From: Camelus dromedarius
Lineage: Eukaryota
Reading direction: 5' to 3'
Assembly: GCF_036321535.1 (NCBI RefSeq)
Contig: NC_087436.1
Coordinates: 4,526,001-4,590,000, forward strand
DNA: 64,000 nt
Below the pieces are notes generated by a model. It was not told where the DNA came from. It saw only the letters and a list, made by a program, of their open reading frames with translations, and ran no database searches. The stretch's first letter is position 1, and the number at the start of each line of letters is the position of its first letter. Shown here in pieces: positions 38,831-51,589 of the stretch. The position numbers and the translations under genes are program-made.

Positions 38831-41800
38831 CGGGGAAGGGAGAGCTCTGGGGACAAGGTATGTACCTAATTAAGTCAAGTATCTTTGGAATAGAAGACAT
38901 GCGAGGAGCTCCTCTCTGTCGTGGGGTGGAAGAAAAGAGAGGCTGAGTGTCTTCACGGTGTGTCTTCCTCGGTCTGTCAGAGTTCGCAGGCTTATATAAA
39001 TTCACTAAGCTGGGAGATCGGGCACTGATGTCATCAGACTTCAGCCGTCATGATCCACTGATGGCTTGTCAGTGACTCAGCACCGACCCTGTGCGTTGTG
39101 CGAAGCACTGCGGAACCAGACTGCAGACTTCTAGGACTGAGGGAGCTTCAGAGGCCATCTTGATTCACTCCCAAGAAGGACTAGAGAGGTTAAGTGACTT
39201 GACCAAAGTCACACAGCTTTCGAGGGGGAGAGCAGTTACTGCTCTCGACAATATGGGCTCCAGTGAGAAAGAAGAGACCTGAAGCTCGGAGGATGGATGG
39301 GTTAGAATTAGCTGGAAGTCGAGGGAACTTATTTCAGATGTAATGCTAGAACAGTAGCCCTTTGGGTAGTGGCCTTTGAGATGGAAATACTGACTTACTC
39401 TCCCCTAGTGTGGCCCTTCTCAGGCAGCTGGTTGGCGTCACAGCCTGGGAAGCAGGTGGCACTCTCGGGTTCAAGGACAGAGCGAGACACACAGAGGAAC
39501 AGAGGGTGGGGGAGGGGAAGCTGGAGAGCATCCCTGCTTCCTTGAGTCCAGCCTGTCACTGTCCCGTTGGCGTCATTATTTTGTCTGATAAATTTTGAGT
39601 CCCTCTGATAGAAGTCATGTACATGTTGGAATTTCTTTAAAAAACATTCTGAATTCCAACTAAAAATGACGTTTGCCTTTTTTCTTTTTCTGTATTTAGA
39701 ATAACCTGTCATTTGCTTGCAAACTCCCAGGAATAAGGATCAGGATTTGACTACAGGGTTATGCAGCAGAGAAGGCAAGACTGTCGGGTCTGGGAGGCAG
39801 GGGTGAGGGAGGGTACAGTGGGAGTCAATGACTAGGTCTCCTTTCCCACAACTGAGGCTATTGGCCTTAGAACAGTGACTATCCAGTGTTGGTATAACTG
39901 GACTGTATAGTAACCAGCCTAGGTTACATCATCAACTGTCCAAACATCTGAATGTCTTTGATTAAAGAAGGTTTTTTTTCTTTTAAACTGCTTCTTTTTG
40001 AGTGGTCAGAGGTAGCACTTCTCCTACTGTTCACTTTTGGTTCTATCAGTAACTCAAAGGAGGAGACTCCAGACAGCATTTGACAACATCATAGTTCTTG
40101 TTTTAGAGAATCAGATTTAATTCCCCAATTATGTTTTATTGGGGGGGGGCAAGAATTATAGTTCATTATGCTGAGCAAATTTAGAGTGGGAGCTGGCATT
40201 CCAGAGCCATGGAATAGTAGGACTTAGAAAAGGCTTATGGCTTATCTAATGCAAACTTTTCATTCGTCTGGAAAGATTGAAGCACATAAAGTCAGGACGC
40301 TTGCTTTAAGTAAGAGATAACGGGGGGAGGTGAAAAGGTCTCTGCCTCTCACTCATAACACATTGCTCTTTCTGATGTAACATCGTTAGGTCATTTTTCA
40401 TGGCTGTGCACCCCAGTAATCTTGGAAGCCCCTCAGACATAGTGTCTTTAAGAAACTTGCAATACAGTATCAACCACCCTTGTAGCAAATCAGAACCCAC
40501 TTATTGAATTGAATCAGCTGAGTCAGATCTGCTTGTGTAAACAATACTCTCCCAAACCAAAGACCTCATGAGACTAAGGAGGGTCCGAGGGAACTCCTGA
40601 AGTCTCTAAATGTGCTCCAAAATACTGCGTTGCAAGAAGGAAGAAAAGAAGCAGTGTCACAATTTATCCTTATGAATTGAAATATCCTTGGTCTAGAAAA
40701 ACATTAAAAACTGTAGAAAAGTTGAAAATCAACTGAAATAGCACAGCTTATCCAGAAACCCTACCAATGAAATTCCATCCAGAGTGTTGACAGCAAAAGT
40801 GCATTGAACAGCAGTTGTACCTAAGTACTGCTGTGTGCTGTGTTTGTGAGAAAATGCTCGTTTTAACAACAGAATACATATCTATCTTTATCAAGTCAAA
40901 AGAGAGCTGTTAAGTAAAGAGAAACAACTTGAGAGCAGCACTCTATTTACTTTTGGGGATGGGCAATCCTCTCTGTCCATCAGAAATCCCATGATCCACA
41001 GCACTTCAGGGTCCAAGGCTTGGGGGTATGAGTGAGCCTGTTCCTCCAAAACTCAAAACAGATGCTTCCTGGGTAAAAGGGAGATTGAGGGCCAGGAACT
41101 GAGAATCTTCAGAAGACTGTGGTGCAGTATTGATGTGCATTGAATTGCAGGGACTTAATTTAGAAGGAAATACTGGACTTGGTCCTCAAATACCGTAGTA
41201 AACTGAAAGTCACTGTATATAGCTGTCAGGATGTGGAGTACCTGACCTTCCACAGCAGTTGGCTCTGAATCTCAGGTCTCACTTCAAGCTCAGTCCTGCT
41301 TAATGGCTTCCCTGTGAACGGTGTCATCTCGCGATCCAGGCTCAGGAGGACTGTGGGCGCCGTGGTAGGAAATCCTGCACCCCAGCAGCCTTTAGCAGTA
41401 AATGTTTTGCTTGGGAAGCTTGTGGCTTTTGCCTTGTCTTGTTTTGAATTTGTAACAATTTTCCAGGGGAGCAGTGGTATATAATGAAAGCAGGTGCAAA
41501 AGCCTGTTAACCTGTATTATCACTAAAGTATGCTGTTAAAACGTGGCCAGGAAAAAAAGTTCTTTAGAAAAAAAAAAGTTTCGATGCAATGTGGAAAGTC
41601 AGGAAGACCTCTGCTCCGCGGGCCCCAGCACCGGGAGGGAACGTTTCTCCTCCGTTACCGTGGCAGCGCATGTGTTAGGGGGGAAAGACTAGAAAGAGAA
41701 GCTCCTGGTGGCAGCGGGAAGGAAGTGAAGGACCAAGGAGGATACTGATTGAAAAGGGTATGAACGTGCATGTGACGGTTTAACCAGAAGGTTGAGAGGA

Positions 41801-43782
41801 GAGAGAATGGTGATATCCCCACCTGACCGGGGCGAGGAAGGAAAAACGGCTTCAGAGGCAGGGTTGGATGGGTTGTCTTTCCTCATCGCCCGTCAGAAGT
41901 TCCTAGTCACAGCAGTGATTCGTATATAAACAAATATAATTCAAATCGTTTTAAATTGGAAACAATCTGAAGGGACTCATGAGCAAGCTGAAAGGGCAGC
42001 AGCTCTGTCCTGGGCTGTGTTGCTTCACAGATGCGATAATTATAGACGAAGCCCTCAAGACTTGAATTAACTGATGGGGGCACATGGTGTTCGTTCATTC
42101 GTTTGTTCACTCCATCATTACGTAGCGAGCATCCCTCTGGCCAGGCACTGTCTCGGTGCCGGACGTGGCTTGGTGAGCGAAGCAGGTCGTCCCTGCCCTG
42201 TCGGAGCCTCTGTTCTAGAGGAGAGGACAGGTAGTAAGAAAAAAAGTCGGGTAGCAAATGCCTGAAAGACGATTGAGAGCATGCGCAGAGGCAGTGCCCT
42301 CGTTTCACTCATGACTCTCTTCCCCAAGAACACCCAGAAAGATGGAGCGTGGTTTTATGGGTTTTAATCCACACTAACATGCTGGCGTTAGGAATACCAG
42401 AGTAACTTGAGAAATGGAAGCTTCTTAAGGACCCCGGGCTGATCTGCCTATTTACAGTCTCCAATTTAATGTTCCCTTCCTCTTTCCCTAATATCAAAGA
42501 CGGCCAAGAAACAGGCCCACGTTTCCCTTCCCAAACACGGTCGTCGCCTGCCAGGCATCACAGAGATCGCCGGGCCCTTGCTCTGAATCTGCCCAGGGCT
42601 CCATCTCCTTCCAACCTCTGCTCTCCTCCCAAGGCAGGTGTGCCCCCTCTTCTCACCTGAACAGTCAGAAAAACTGCTCTACATGTGAACTGAAGTTTTC
42701 TTTTATTTCTTCTCATCTCTTGCATTTTCTTTCAATGAACTTCACATTTCTTTTCTCAGCTCTATGCACTTTAAAAACCAAAAGTTCTTTTCATAACTCA
42801 TTTCCTTGAAACAGAAGCTTGGTGTGTTTTGCTTAACTCTGCTGTCCCACTTGACCAGTGGAAACTCCGGGAGAGATATAAATAGTTCCTAAGGAAAAAG
42901 GAATTTCACAACTTGGGACATAGCCAGAGAATCGTTCACTGTCCTCTGGGTAAACCACAGAGAGAGTCCACGGCTATATACACACATATGATTTTTTGAG
43001 GGGGAGGAGGGAGGGATGCAGAAAAATTGGCAGCACTGTTTACCAGGGTTTTACTTTGCACTTAGCAACTAGTTAGGGAGAAGGAGCTGTTACAAGAGAT
43101 GAAGAGATAGTCGACCAGTATCTAAAACTCCGGAGGCTTATGTACAAATACTTTGCCATAGAGGAAAAACTGTGACACACTCAGAAATCAATAAAAGAAG
43201 AAACCTGTAAGTATTTGGTGAAGATTATTAGTTCAAAGAGAGGAAATGAGTACAAGTTACAGGAAATCCAAGATTTGTTCCAAATCAATGATCAACTGAC
43301 CTTGATGACAAGGGTGGGTTTAAGGGCTCAGAGAGGAAAGACAGGAGGTCTGGAGTTTTCTGGAGCAGAAGTAAGTGATGCATGAGACATGAATGTGTGT
43401 TCGGAGCGAAGCGGGGAGGTCCCTGCTGGGGCTGGGGTAGTGTCTGTGCCGGGAATGTGAGTTTGCAGATTCCTGAGATTTCTCCAGGAAGACCCAACTT
43501 TACCAAACTGGAGTCTCTGGTGGGGACTGGCGCTTGTTCTGTGGCTGCAGGGGATACCCACCCAGGGCAGGGCCTGAGGGCCACAGCCCAGGTCCAGACT
43601 CCAATTAGCCTGAGCTCCTTGCTGCTTCCCAAGTTTACAAAGTGCACAGGAAACTGTGAGTTCCCCACACTTAAACCATTAAAGGAACGTTTCCGCTTTT
43701 TCCTGAGAGAATTTTTACATATGTATCTTCAAGAAAATGATTACTTAAGGGGATGCTTGAAACTTTTCTTTTCCATCTTCAG

Positions 43783-43844
43783 TTTGAGCGGCTGAACCTT
43801 GCCCTCCAGAGAACACTGGCAAAACTCCAAATACAGGAAAGCAG
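43783..43844 (+). CDS. GUCY1A1: GUCY1A1 coding exon 2 (62 nt; FERLNLALQRTLAKLQIQES-R)
   Basis: Acceptor cttttcttttccatcttcag|TTT, donor CAG|gtaagt; continues the frame of the previous exon; too short for the ORF track. Confidence 0.95.
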
Positions 43845-44330
43845 GTAAGTTGACCCAGTTCCGTTGTGTGAGTGTCCTGGTCCAGTCACCATTGCCGGGA
43901 ACTGGCGCTCAGTGATGCGTCAGCGTGTGGGCATCACTTTGGCACACCTGGCACCGGGCTGCGGGTCTCAGCTGTCGCGAGTCTGCACGCAGCACACTCA
44001 TGTTCCACACTGTCTCTATCGCCAGGCAAGCTCGGGTGTATATAAAATGTTTAGGATTCTGCAGCTGTTGAGGAAAAGGCAGAACTGGGTTTCAAGCTGG
44101 GGTTCTTCAGAGCCCCTGATGTGAACCACCTTGCCTGTGCTGCTGCTTTTGATAAGCTCCCAGAAGGCCTGTTCTTTCCTACTAAGGGGCAGTTCCTGAA
44201 ATATTTAACAAAGGTGCAGCGTGGATCGGAGCGGACTCCTTGCTCGAAGATTAGGGCAGGGTCCCAGGGCCGCCTGCCTCCTCCTATTGTCAACCTTCTC
44301 CCAACTTCAACCACAGGTTAAACTTTTTAG

Positions 44331-44480
44331 TGGGGGTGGCTCAGTGGTGGAGCATGTGCTTAGCATGCGGGAGGTCCTGGGTTCAGTCCCTGGTACCGCC
44401 ATTAAATGAATACATAATGAAATAAACCTAATGACCTCCCCTCCCCCCCAAAGAATAAATAAAAATTATTAAGAGAAAAA
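44331..44480 (+). mobile_element. tRNA-Ala-derived SINE (Vic-1 type)
   Basis: GCTCAGTGGTGGAGCATGTGCTTAGCATGCGGGAGGTCCTGGGTTCAGTCCC plus A-rich tail. Confidence 0.85.
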
Positions 44481-47173
44481 CACTTAGCTGCTGCATCAGG
44501 AGGAGGAGGAGGGCTGGGGGAGCGAGAGGAGGGCAGCTCGGGGGGTGGGGCAGCAGCAGTTGCCACTCTGTAGGGAGGTGTTTTGGTATTTCCACGGCTA
44601 GTTTGGTTATACTGGTGTGCACTGGCTGAGTAGCAGTTCTATTCACACTTTTCCTTCTACTCTGTGTTTGAAATTTTCTTGAAGAGAGTTTTCTGTAGAG
44701 GTTTAATTAATATGTAAGGTGATTTTATAAAAAACAACCTGACTTCTACAGTTAATTTTTAAAGATATCTTGGCACCTGACTGCTGATGGGGAGCTTGAT
44801 TTGGCCTCATGTTTGTTTCCCTGCAATCAAAGGGCTATTTCACTGGTGAATCATAACACAAACACTTGAGTTCCAATTTTCAGAATCAGACTTTGATGTT
44901 TTGCAAACCAGCGCTGTTATCGGGAATGGTCCATAAATCCATCCATCTGTCCACTGCTGGAGAGCGGGTAATCTGCTCTGGGGATTATCTGTGCTGGTCT
45001 CCCTTGCTGGCGAACTGGTCCCCCACTGCAGGCGGCAGGCGCGCCAAGAAGGGGTCACAGGCGAGTCCAGAGGGAGAGAGTGTGAAGCTCTGAGTCTGAC
45101 GGAGCTGTGTTTACAGAGTGATATGGAGAGCATGCCAGAGACCTCGGCCCTTCCTCCTCAGTCAAGCTGATAAGATATCTGACAAGTCCTGGAGCTGCTA
45201 CCGTCCGTCCGTCTGTCTGTCTGTCTGCCTGAGCCCTTGGCAGGCAGCTCCCCTACTCCGAGTGCGTGCTCAGGGCTTGTGCACGCAAGTATTCCTAAGC
45301 TGCCTGCAGCTATGCTGGCAGGATGAGTTCCCAGAGAAGTATCTTTTTTAAAAATCTCAAAACTTACAAAAATTATTTTATTTGGAAAGCTTGAAACATC
45401 TTTTACCACTTCCCTGATGTCTGAAAGAGTGGATCATAGTTTTAAATTGTCCCAATGATTATTCTGTTGTTGAAATAAGATCAGGGAACTTTTTTTCTTA
45501 GAAGACGGCCTGCTGATTATCCTAAGTGGCTTCTCTGTGCTTTTTAGGCCCTTGGGGTACTGGGTTCATCCCCCGTGTGTTTGGTGGGTCAGCCTCCGTT
45601 TCTACTGCTGTCAGTTTGCCAACTGCTGAACATACCTTAATAACTCTGTTTTGTGCACTGCTTATTACCTTATGTGACTTGAAAAGCAAAATCTCTCTCT
45701 ATATATAAAACAGTACACTGCTTCTAAACAAAGTGCTGGACCCCCTTTCTAAGTGAGTGAGTCCCAGCCCAGTCCTTACGATGCTCCTCTCAGCTGTTTG
45801 CACAGAGAGCTTCTGCTTCATTTCTTTTTCCAGGACCTTTGTTCATATCACGGCATCCCACGTATGAACTCATGGCTGGGGTGTGTGGCCATGTGTGTAC
45901 AACACACACGCTTGCTGGTGTAATGCAGGCTTACACTTTCTTCTTTCTGAATTTTTTTTTTTTGAAGGTGAAGATAGGGAACGTATTTTGAATTGCACCG
46001 TGTGTTGTTTGGATTGGCTGAGCTTTGCTGGGAATTGGCAGGAGTCGAGTTCTCCAGGCAGATTTGCTCTCATTCTTCAGAAAAAAAATAGACATTGCTT
46101 AAATGAGAAAAAAGATGTGGATCTAAAGACGGATTAATATAACATATGTGACAAGGAGGTGGGGATCTCTTGATTCAAATTAGATATCATATAGTGGCCC
46201 TTAATCTATTTAGATAAGAATAATTTTCTACCTAGCGTTTTAAAATAAGTGTAAGCAGTGCACCTGTATGTGATAAAGTAGCCAGCTGAGCAGTTTTCCG
46301 GCTCAAAAATGTTTCCCTTTGAAACTTCTCTCCATGTAGGGTGCTTTACTGAAGTCTGTCTAGTAGTTGAAATTTGTGTGTTTGCCATCTTGGCAAGCTG
46401 AACCACAAATAGAACTTGAGTGTCTTTTAAAACACTTTAGCAGTGTGGCACATTTGGTCATAATTAGTCATCACTCTTGGAAATCATTAAAAAAACAAAT
46501 AAGCAAACACAATAGCATGTTTGTATTTTAGCAAGTTGTCCAGCTGAAATTACTAACACCTTCTAGCCATCAAAATATATGCTATTACGTTATTGGCTTC
46601 TGTGCTATGTGCAGTAATTGAATAAGGAATAGACTTCTGTAGTCATGAATTCTTATATAAGACCAAGGATGAAAGTTTAATGTAGTGAAATCTGAGAGTT
46701 AAATACATAGAGCCTAAAACTTGAAAGCAGGGTATACCATGTTACTTGCTTTAGCAAATAAATAAGGATACTTTAAAGTGGAATCCATCAGTACGTGGAT
46801 GTTTCTTCTTGGTTGTGTGTTCAGAAAACCCCAGTCTGATTCATTACCATCCTTTCTGGAAATTTCATACCACTGGTTTTCCACCAGTGCAAACACCCAC
46901 ACTCTTAGCCTATGTAAAGTTAGATTAAAAGGTAAATATACTTCATAAAATATGGTGAAACACTCTAGATCAGGTACATTTTGGGATTTTTTTTCCCAAC
47001 ATTATTTGAGGTCTGTACATGTCTCTGCTCCTTTCCTGCAAACTTAACAATGAAGTTTTGCCTCAAAGAAAAGGTAATTTAAATTACTTTCTGTCATCAT
47101 TTCTGTATGTTATAGCCTGAAATTTTATCATTCATTCGTCAGTTTATAATTTAAAATATTGAAATCATTTCAG

Positions 47174-47232
47174 GAAATCTTTGGAAAGAGAAGACTTTGA
47201 AAAAATAATTGGGGACCAAGCAATTGCAGCAG
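47174..47232 (+). CDS. GUCY1A1: GUCY1A1 coding exon 3 (59 nt; KSLEREDFEKIIGDQAIAA-G)
   Basis: Acceptor catttcag|G, donor CAG|gtaata; phases 2 and 1 fit the neighbouring exons. Confidence 0.95.
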
Positions 47233-47790
47233 GTAATAAAATATGAGCAATTAGGAAATAATTATAATTGTGGAACTAATATTTTGCCTGTAGACTAAGA
47301 TTGTCCATTCCTAGAAAATATTTACCTGTAGAACTAGTATTTTTGTCTAAAATATTCCTGTTTATTTGTTGGTAACTTCCAGTGTGAAATGTTCAACATC
47401 ATGTTTTGTGTTAACATAAAGAATGTCTTTTTCAAACTGCATAAATATCTTTGTTTGACCTGTAACATTTCCTCTTCTTTCAAGGTTACTTGCTGAGAAG
47501 CAGCTAAAGCTGCCTGTGAGGCTGACTTATAGACATTCACATGCTTCCACCTTCAACTCAACTAAGTGTTCCTCATTTACACATAAAAAATTCTACTCAG
47601 CAATGTAAAATGAATAATTTTTTTAAACATTGGAAGCAATCATGGGGAAAAAGGAGAGCAGTGATCTCAGTAATACTTGGTTTGAGGGAAACAAGGAAAT
47701 GGGTAACTGTCACACTGTCCCTTTCAAGGACCATGAGTCCATGGACTAACAGGTTAAATTTTTCTAAAAGTACAAGATATTAAGAATTTA

Positions 47791-47814
47791 ATGATGATGA
47801 TGATGATGATGATG
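47791..47814. repeat. (ATG)8 microsatellite
   Basis: Read directly. Confidence 0.9.
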
Positions 47815-48269
47815 AAGGCTGGCTCACACTGAGTCCTGCCTCCGAGTCTGGGACTATTTTAGTATAGTCCCCAGCACCACAGCAGTCTGGCAACAGGGCA
47901 CTCTTGTTTTCCCTGAGTTTCACATGAGAAAAATGTGGTACTCAGAATTTAAAGACTAAAGGAGACTAGAGAAGGAGAAGCTATAGAAATTAAATAGTAT
48001 GTTCCCAACACACATTCATTCAGTAGCATTTGAACAACAAGAATACTATTTTACTCAGAAAAAAAAATTACTTTATATTATCTCTAAGAAAGAATGACAA
48101 AATTGTGTTTCACCACAGGTGATTTCAAAATAATTCCTGTATCTGATGCTTATTTTCTGGGAGGTCCTCTGAGGGGGTACAGTACCCCTTCACCAACATG
48201 TACTACAGTTTTTGTTGTTAACAAGGTGGGAGAGCTTCTTCTAAAATGGACTTGATCCTATATTTCCAA

Positions 48270-48550
48270 TTGTTTTTTTTTTTAAGCTTGTATTTATTTA
48301 TTTATTTTTGAAGTCTAGCCAGTTTGCAATGTCGTGTCAGTATCTGGTTGACAGCATAATATTTCAGCCATACAAACACATACATAGATGCGTTTTCATA
48401 TTTTTTCATTATGGGTTACTACAAGATACTGAATATAGTTCCCTGTGCTCTACAGAAGAAACTTGTATATATAGTAGTTAACGTCTGCAAATTTCAAACT
48501 CCTGATTTATCCCTTCCCACCCCCTTTCCCCTCTGGTAACCATAAGTGTT
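48270..48550 (-). mobile_element. L1 3' fragment
   Basis: Same 3'UTR motifs (ACAAGATACTGAATATAGTTCCCTGTG; CTGGTAACCATAAG). Confidence 0.8.
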
Positions 48551-48838
48551 CTTTTATAGTTAAGTTTCAGGAAGATAAAAAGTCATACATTATACTCAGT
48601 TGATCATTCTGTTGTAATCAGTTGATTTGGGATTTGTATTGAGAGTTCTCAGAATTTTGGAGGCTAATCTATGTAGACACTTTGAATACAGGTGGTTAAC
48701 TTTGGTGGGAACTCTTATGACTAGCAGATACAAGGCAAACTCAATCATCAGATAAAACAATATTAGAAACAGTAGAACCAGCGCCATCTGCCAAGATGAC
48801 GCGTTTGCTGCGGCAGACAGTGTGCTATGTGCTTTCAG

Positions 48839-49554
48839 GAGTTCCGGTGGAGATCATCAGAGAGTCCCTGGGTGAAGAGCTTTTTAAAATATGTTACGAG
48901 GAGGATGAATACATCCTAGGTGTGGTCGGAGGAACCCTCAAAGATTTCCTGAACAGCTTCAGCACGCTCCTGAAACAGAGCAGCCACTGCCAAGAAGCGG
49001 AAAAGCAGGGCGGGATTGAGGACGGGTCCATCCTCTGCCTGGATAAGGACGAGGACTTCCTCAGTGTCTACTACTTCTTCCCCAAGAGAACCACGTCCCT
49101 GATTCTGCCCGGCATCATTAAGGCGGCGGCCCACACGCTGTACGAGACCGAGGTGGAGGTGTCCTCCATGCCCCCCTGCTTCCACGCGGAGGGCGGCGAC
49201 GTCCTGCAGCAGCCCTGCCTGCTCTACTCCGTCCGCGTCACCAGCGCCAGGCCCGCCCCGTCGCCGGCCCCGGGCAAGCCGCCGTCCTCGCTGGTGATCC
49301 CCGTGTCGCTCTTCTGCAAGACCTTCCCGTTCCACTTCATGTTTGACAGAGACATGGCGATTCTGCAGTTCGGCAACGGCATCCGGAGGCTGATGAGCAG
49401 AAGGGACTTCCAGGCGAAGCCCCGCTTCGAGGAGTACTTCGAGATCCTGACTCCCAAAATCAGCCAGACGTTCAGCGGAATCCTGACCATGCTGAACATG
49501 CAGTTCGTGGTGCGAGTGAGGCGGTGGGACAGCTCCGTGAAGAAGGCTTCCAGG
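48839..49554 (+). CDS. GUCY1A1: GUCY1A1 coding exon 4 (716 nt; pseudo-H-NOX, linker, start of PAS domain)
   Basis: Within ORF 48796-49569 ([22 protein letters not shown]...[12 protein letters not shown]...KKASR); acceptor gctttcag|GA, donor AGG|gtaagg. Confidence 0.97.
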
Positions 49555-50456
49555 GTAAGGAGAACCTAATACTGCTGCTAATACGAAATCAGCGATTTCA
49601 CCTTTAAAGTATAGGAAGCGAAAAAGGTAAAAAAGAGATGCTTCGCTCCAGATGTCAATTAAACATTTCTGTTTAGAATGATTCTCAAATACTTTTCAGG
49701 CTGGATGGAATCAGTTGAAAATAAGATCTTGCTGCATTCATTTCTTGCTTACCTAACCCCTCACTTCACAGATGCACGTCGCATGCAGTCTAGCTTTTAA
49801 AATCCTTATGGAGTATTTTATAACTGAAGTAGAAACGTGTTTATATAAAATACATTTTCAATCATCACAAATAGCTGACTTAATTTAGAATAATAAGAGG
49901 TATTTTTCGACAGCCAACAAAAACGGCTTCTTTCTTACAGAAGGCAGCCAAATGGATTTTAAATCAGTATTTAATAGACATGGAAAAAAATCAATAATAA
50001 TGTATTGCATTAATTGTTAGAAAATGTGGGAAAAACTGCTTTGCTTACATCTCATGATAGAGTACCACGGTGATTATTTAGAAAGGACGTTTGTGAAGTG
50101 GTAGCTGACGGTACAGGCAGAGCTCACAGAGAGGCTCAGGACACATCTGGCTTTTAGACACGCGTAACCTGGCAGACACACTGTCTGTTCCCACAGGAAG
50201 ACAGCTTTGCTGCTTTTTTTATCATAAAAATAATATAGCCAAGTGTTTAAAAAATAGGTAATATTTAAAGGTGTTTATTGCAAAATCAAAAAGCATTAAT
50301 TATATACATTTCTGTTTGAAACAAAAAGTACTATTTGCAACTTATTTTTTTTAATCACTAAACAGTATATTTTGAGCATCTTTCCATGCCATTATATCCC
50401 CATCTGTTTCACTTTTTTCCAGGGCTGGGTAATATCTCATTGTACCGTTGTCTTCC

Positions 50457-50620
50457 ATTTTATTTTATTTTATTTTTTATTGAAGTGTAGTTGATTTACA
50501 GTGTTAGTTTCAGGTGTACAGCAAAGTGATTCAGTTACACATATACATACATACGTATATTTTCTTTTCAGATTCTTTTCCATTACATGTTATTACAAGA
50601 AACTGAGTATAGTTCCCTGT
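50457..50620 (-). mobile_element. Short L1 3' end
   Basis: (TTTTA)n tail plus TTGAAGTGTAGTTGATTTACA. Confidence 0.8.
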
Positions 50621-51103
50621 CCTTCACTTTATTTAACTGCCCACTGTGGAAGGACGTCTGGGCGGCTGTCAACCCTTTGCTGTGGTAAACACACACGCGC
50701 AGGTCTGTCCCACTCACACGAGTAGACCTTGTGATGCTGGGTGATCGCATGAACCCTCCCCTGGCTTGGGGCTCCCTTGGGGCAGCCCCTTCTGCAGCTG
50801 TAGAAACGGAAGCATCAGCCTGCCTCGTAGTGAGAAGGCCCGAAGCAAGTATTTTTTGCATTGCTGATGGAAAATTAAGATTTCCATGTAGTGTTTATCC
50901 CTAAATATTCTCCAAGTGTCTGCGTGCATCTTAGAACGCATAGTAAATTACACTGTGAGAAAGTGTATCATTTGCTGGCAACAAGTAGAAAAACATCAAG
51001 CTGAAAAACTAAGGGATTATCTCTGTATCCACGTCCTCACTTTGTCTCCAGAAGGTGCTGGAGACCTGAATAAACCGCCACGCGGTTCTCCTTGGCTCCA
51101 CAG

Positions 51104-51589
51104 GTCATGGACCTCAAGGGCCAGATGATCTACGTGGTGGAGTCCAGCGCCGTCCTGTTCCTGGGGTCGCCCTGCGTGGACCGGCTGGAGGACTTCACGG
51201 GGCGCGGGCTCTACCTGTCGGACATCCCGATCCACAACGCGCTGAGGGACGTGGTCCTGATCGGGGAGCAGGCGCGCGCGCAGGACGGCCTGAAGAAGCG
51301 GCTGGGCAAGCTGAAGGCCACGCTGGAGCAGGCGCACCAGGCGCTGGAGGAGGAGAAGAGGAAGACGGTGGACCTGCTCTGCTCCATCTTCCCCGGCGAG
51401 GTGGCGCAGCAGCTGTGGCAGGGCCAGGTGGTGCAGGCCAAGAAGTTCAGCGACGTCACCATGCTCTTCTCGGACATCGTGGGCTTCACGGCCATCTGCT
51501 CCCAGTGCTCGCCGCTGCAGGTCATCACCATGCTCAACGCGCTCTACACGCGCTTCGACCGGCAGTGCGGGGAGCTGGACGTCTACAAG
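51104..51589 (+). CDS. GUCY1A1: GUCY1A1 coding exon 5 (486 nt; PAS end, coiled coil, start of cyclase domain)
   Basis: [10 protein letters not shown]...[22 protein letters not shown]...[12 protein letters not shown]...LDVYK; acceptor ctccacag|GTC, donor AAG|gtagcg. Confidence 0.97.
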
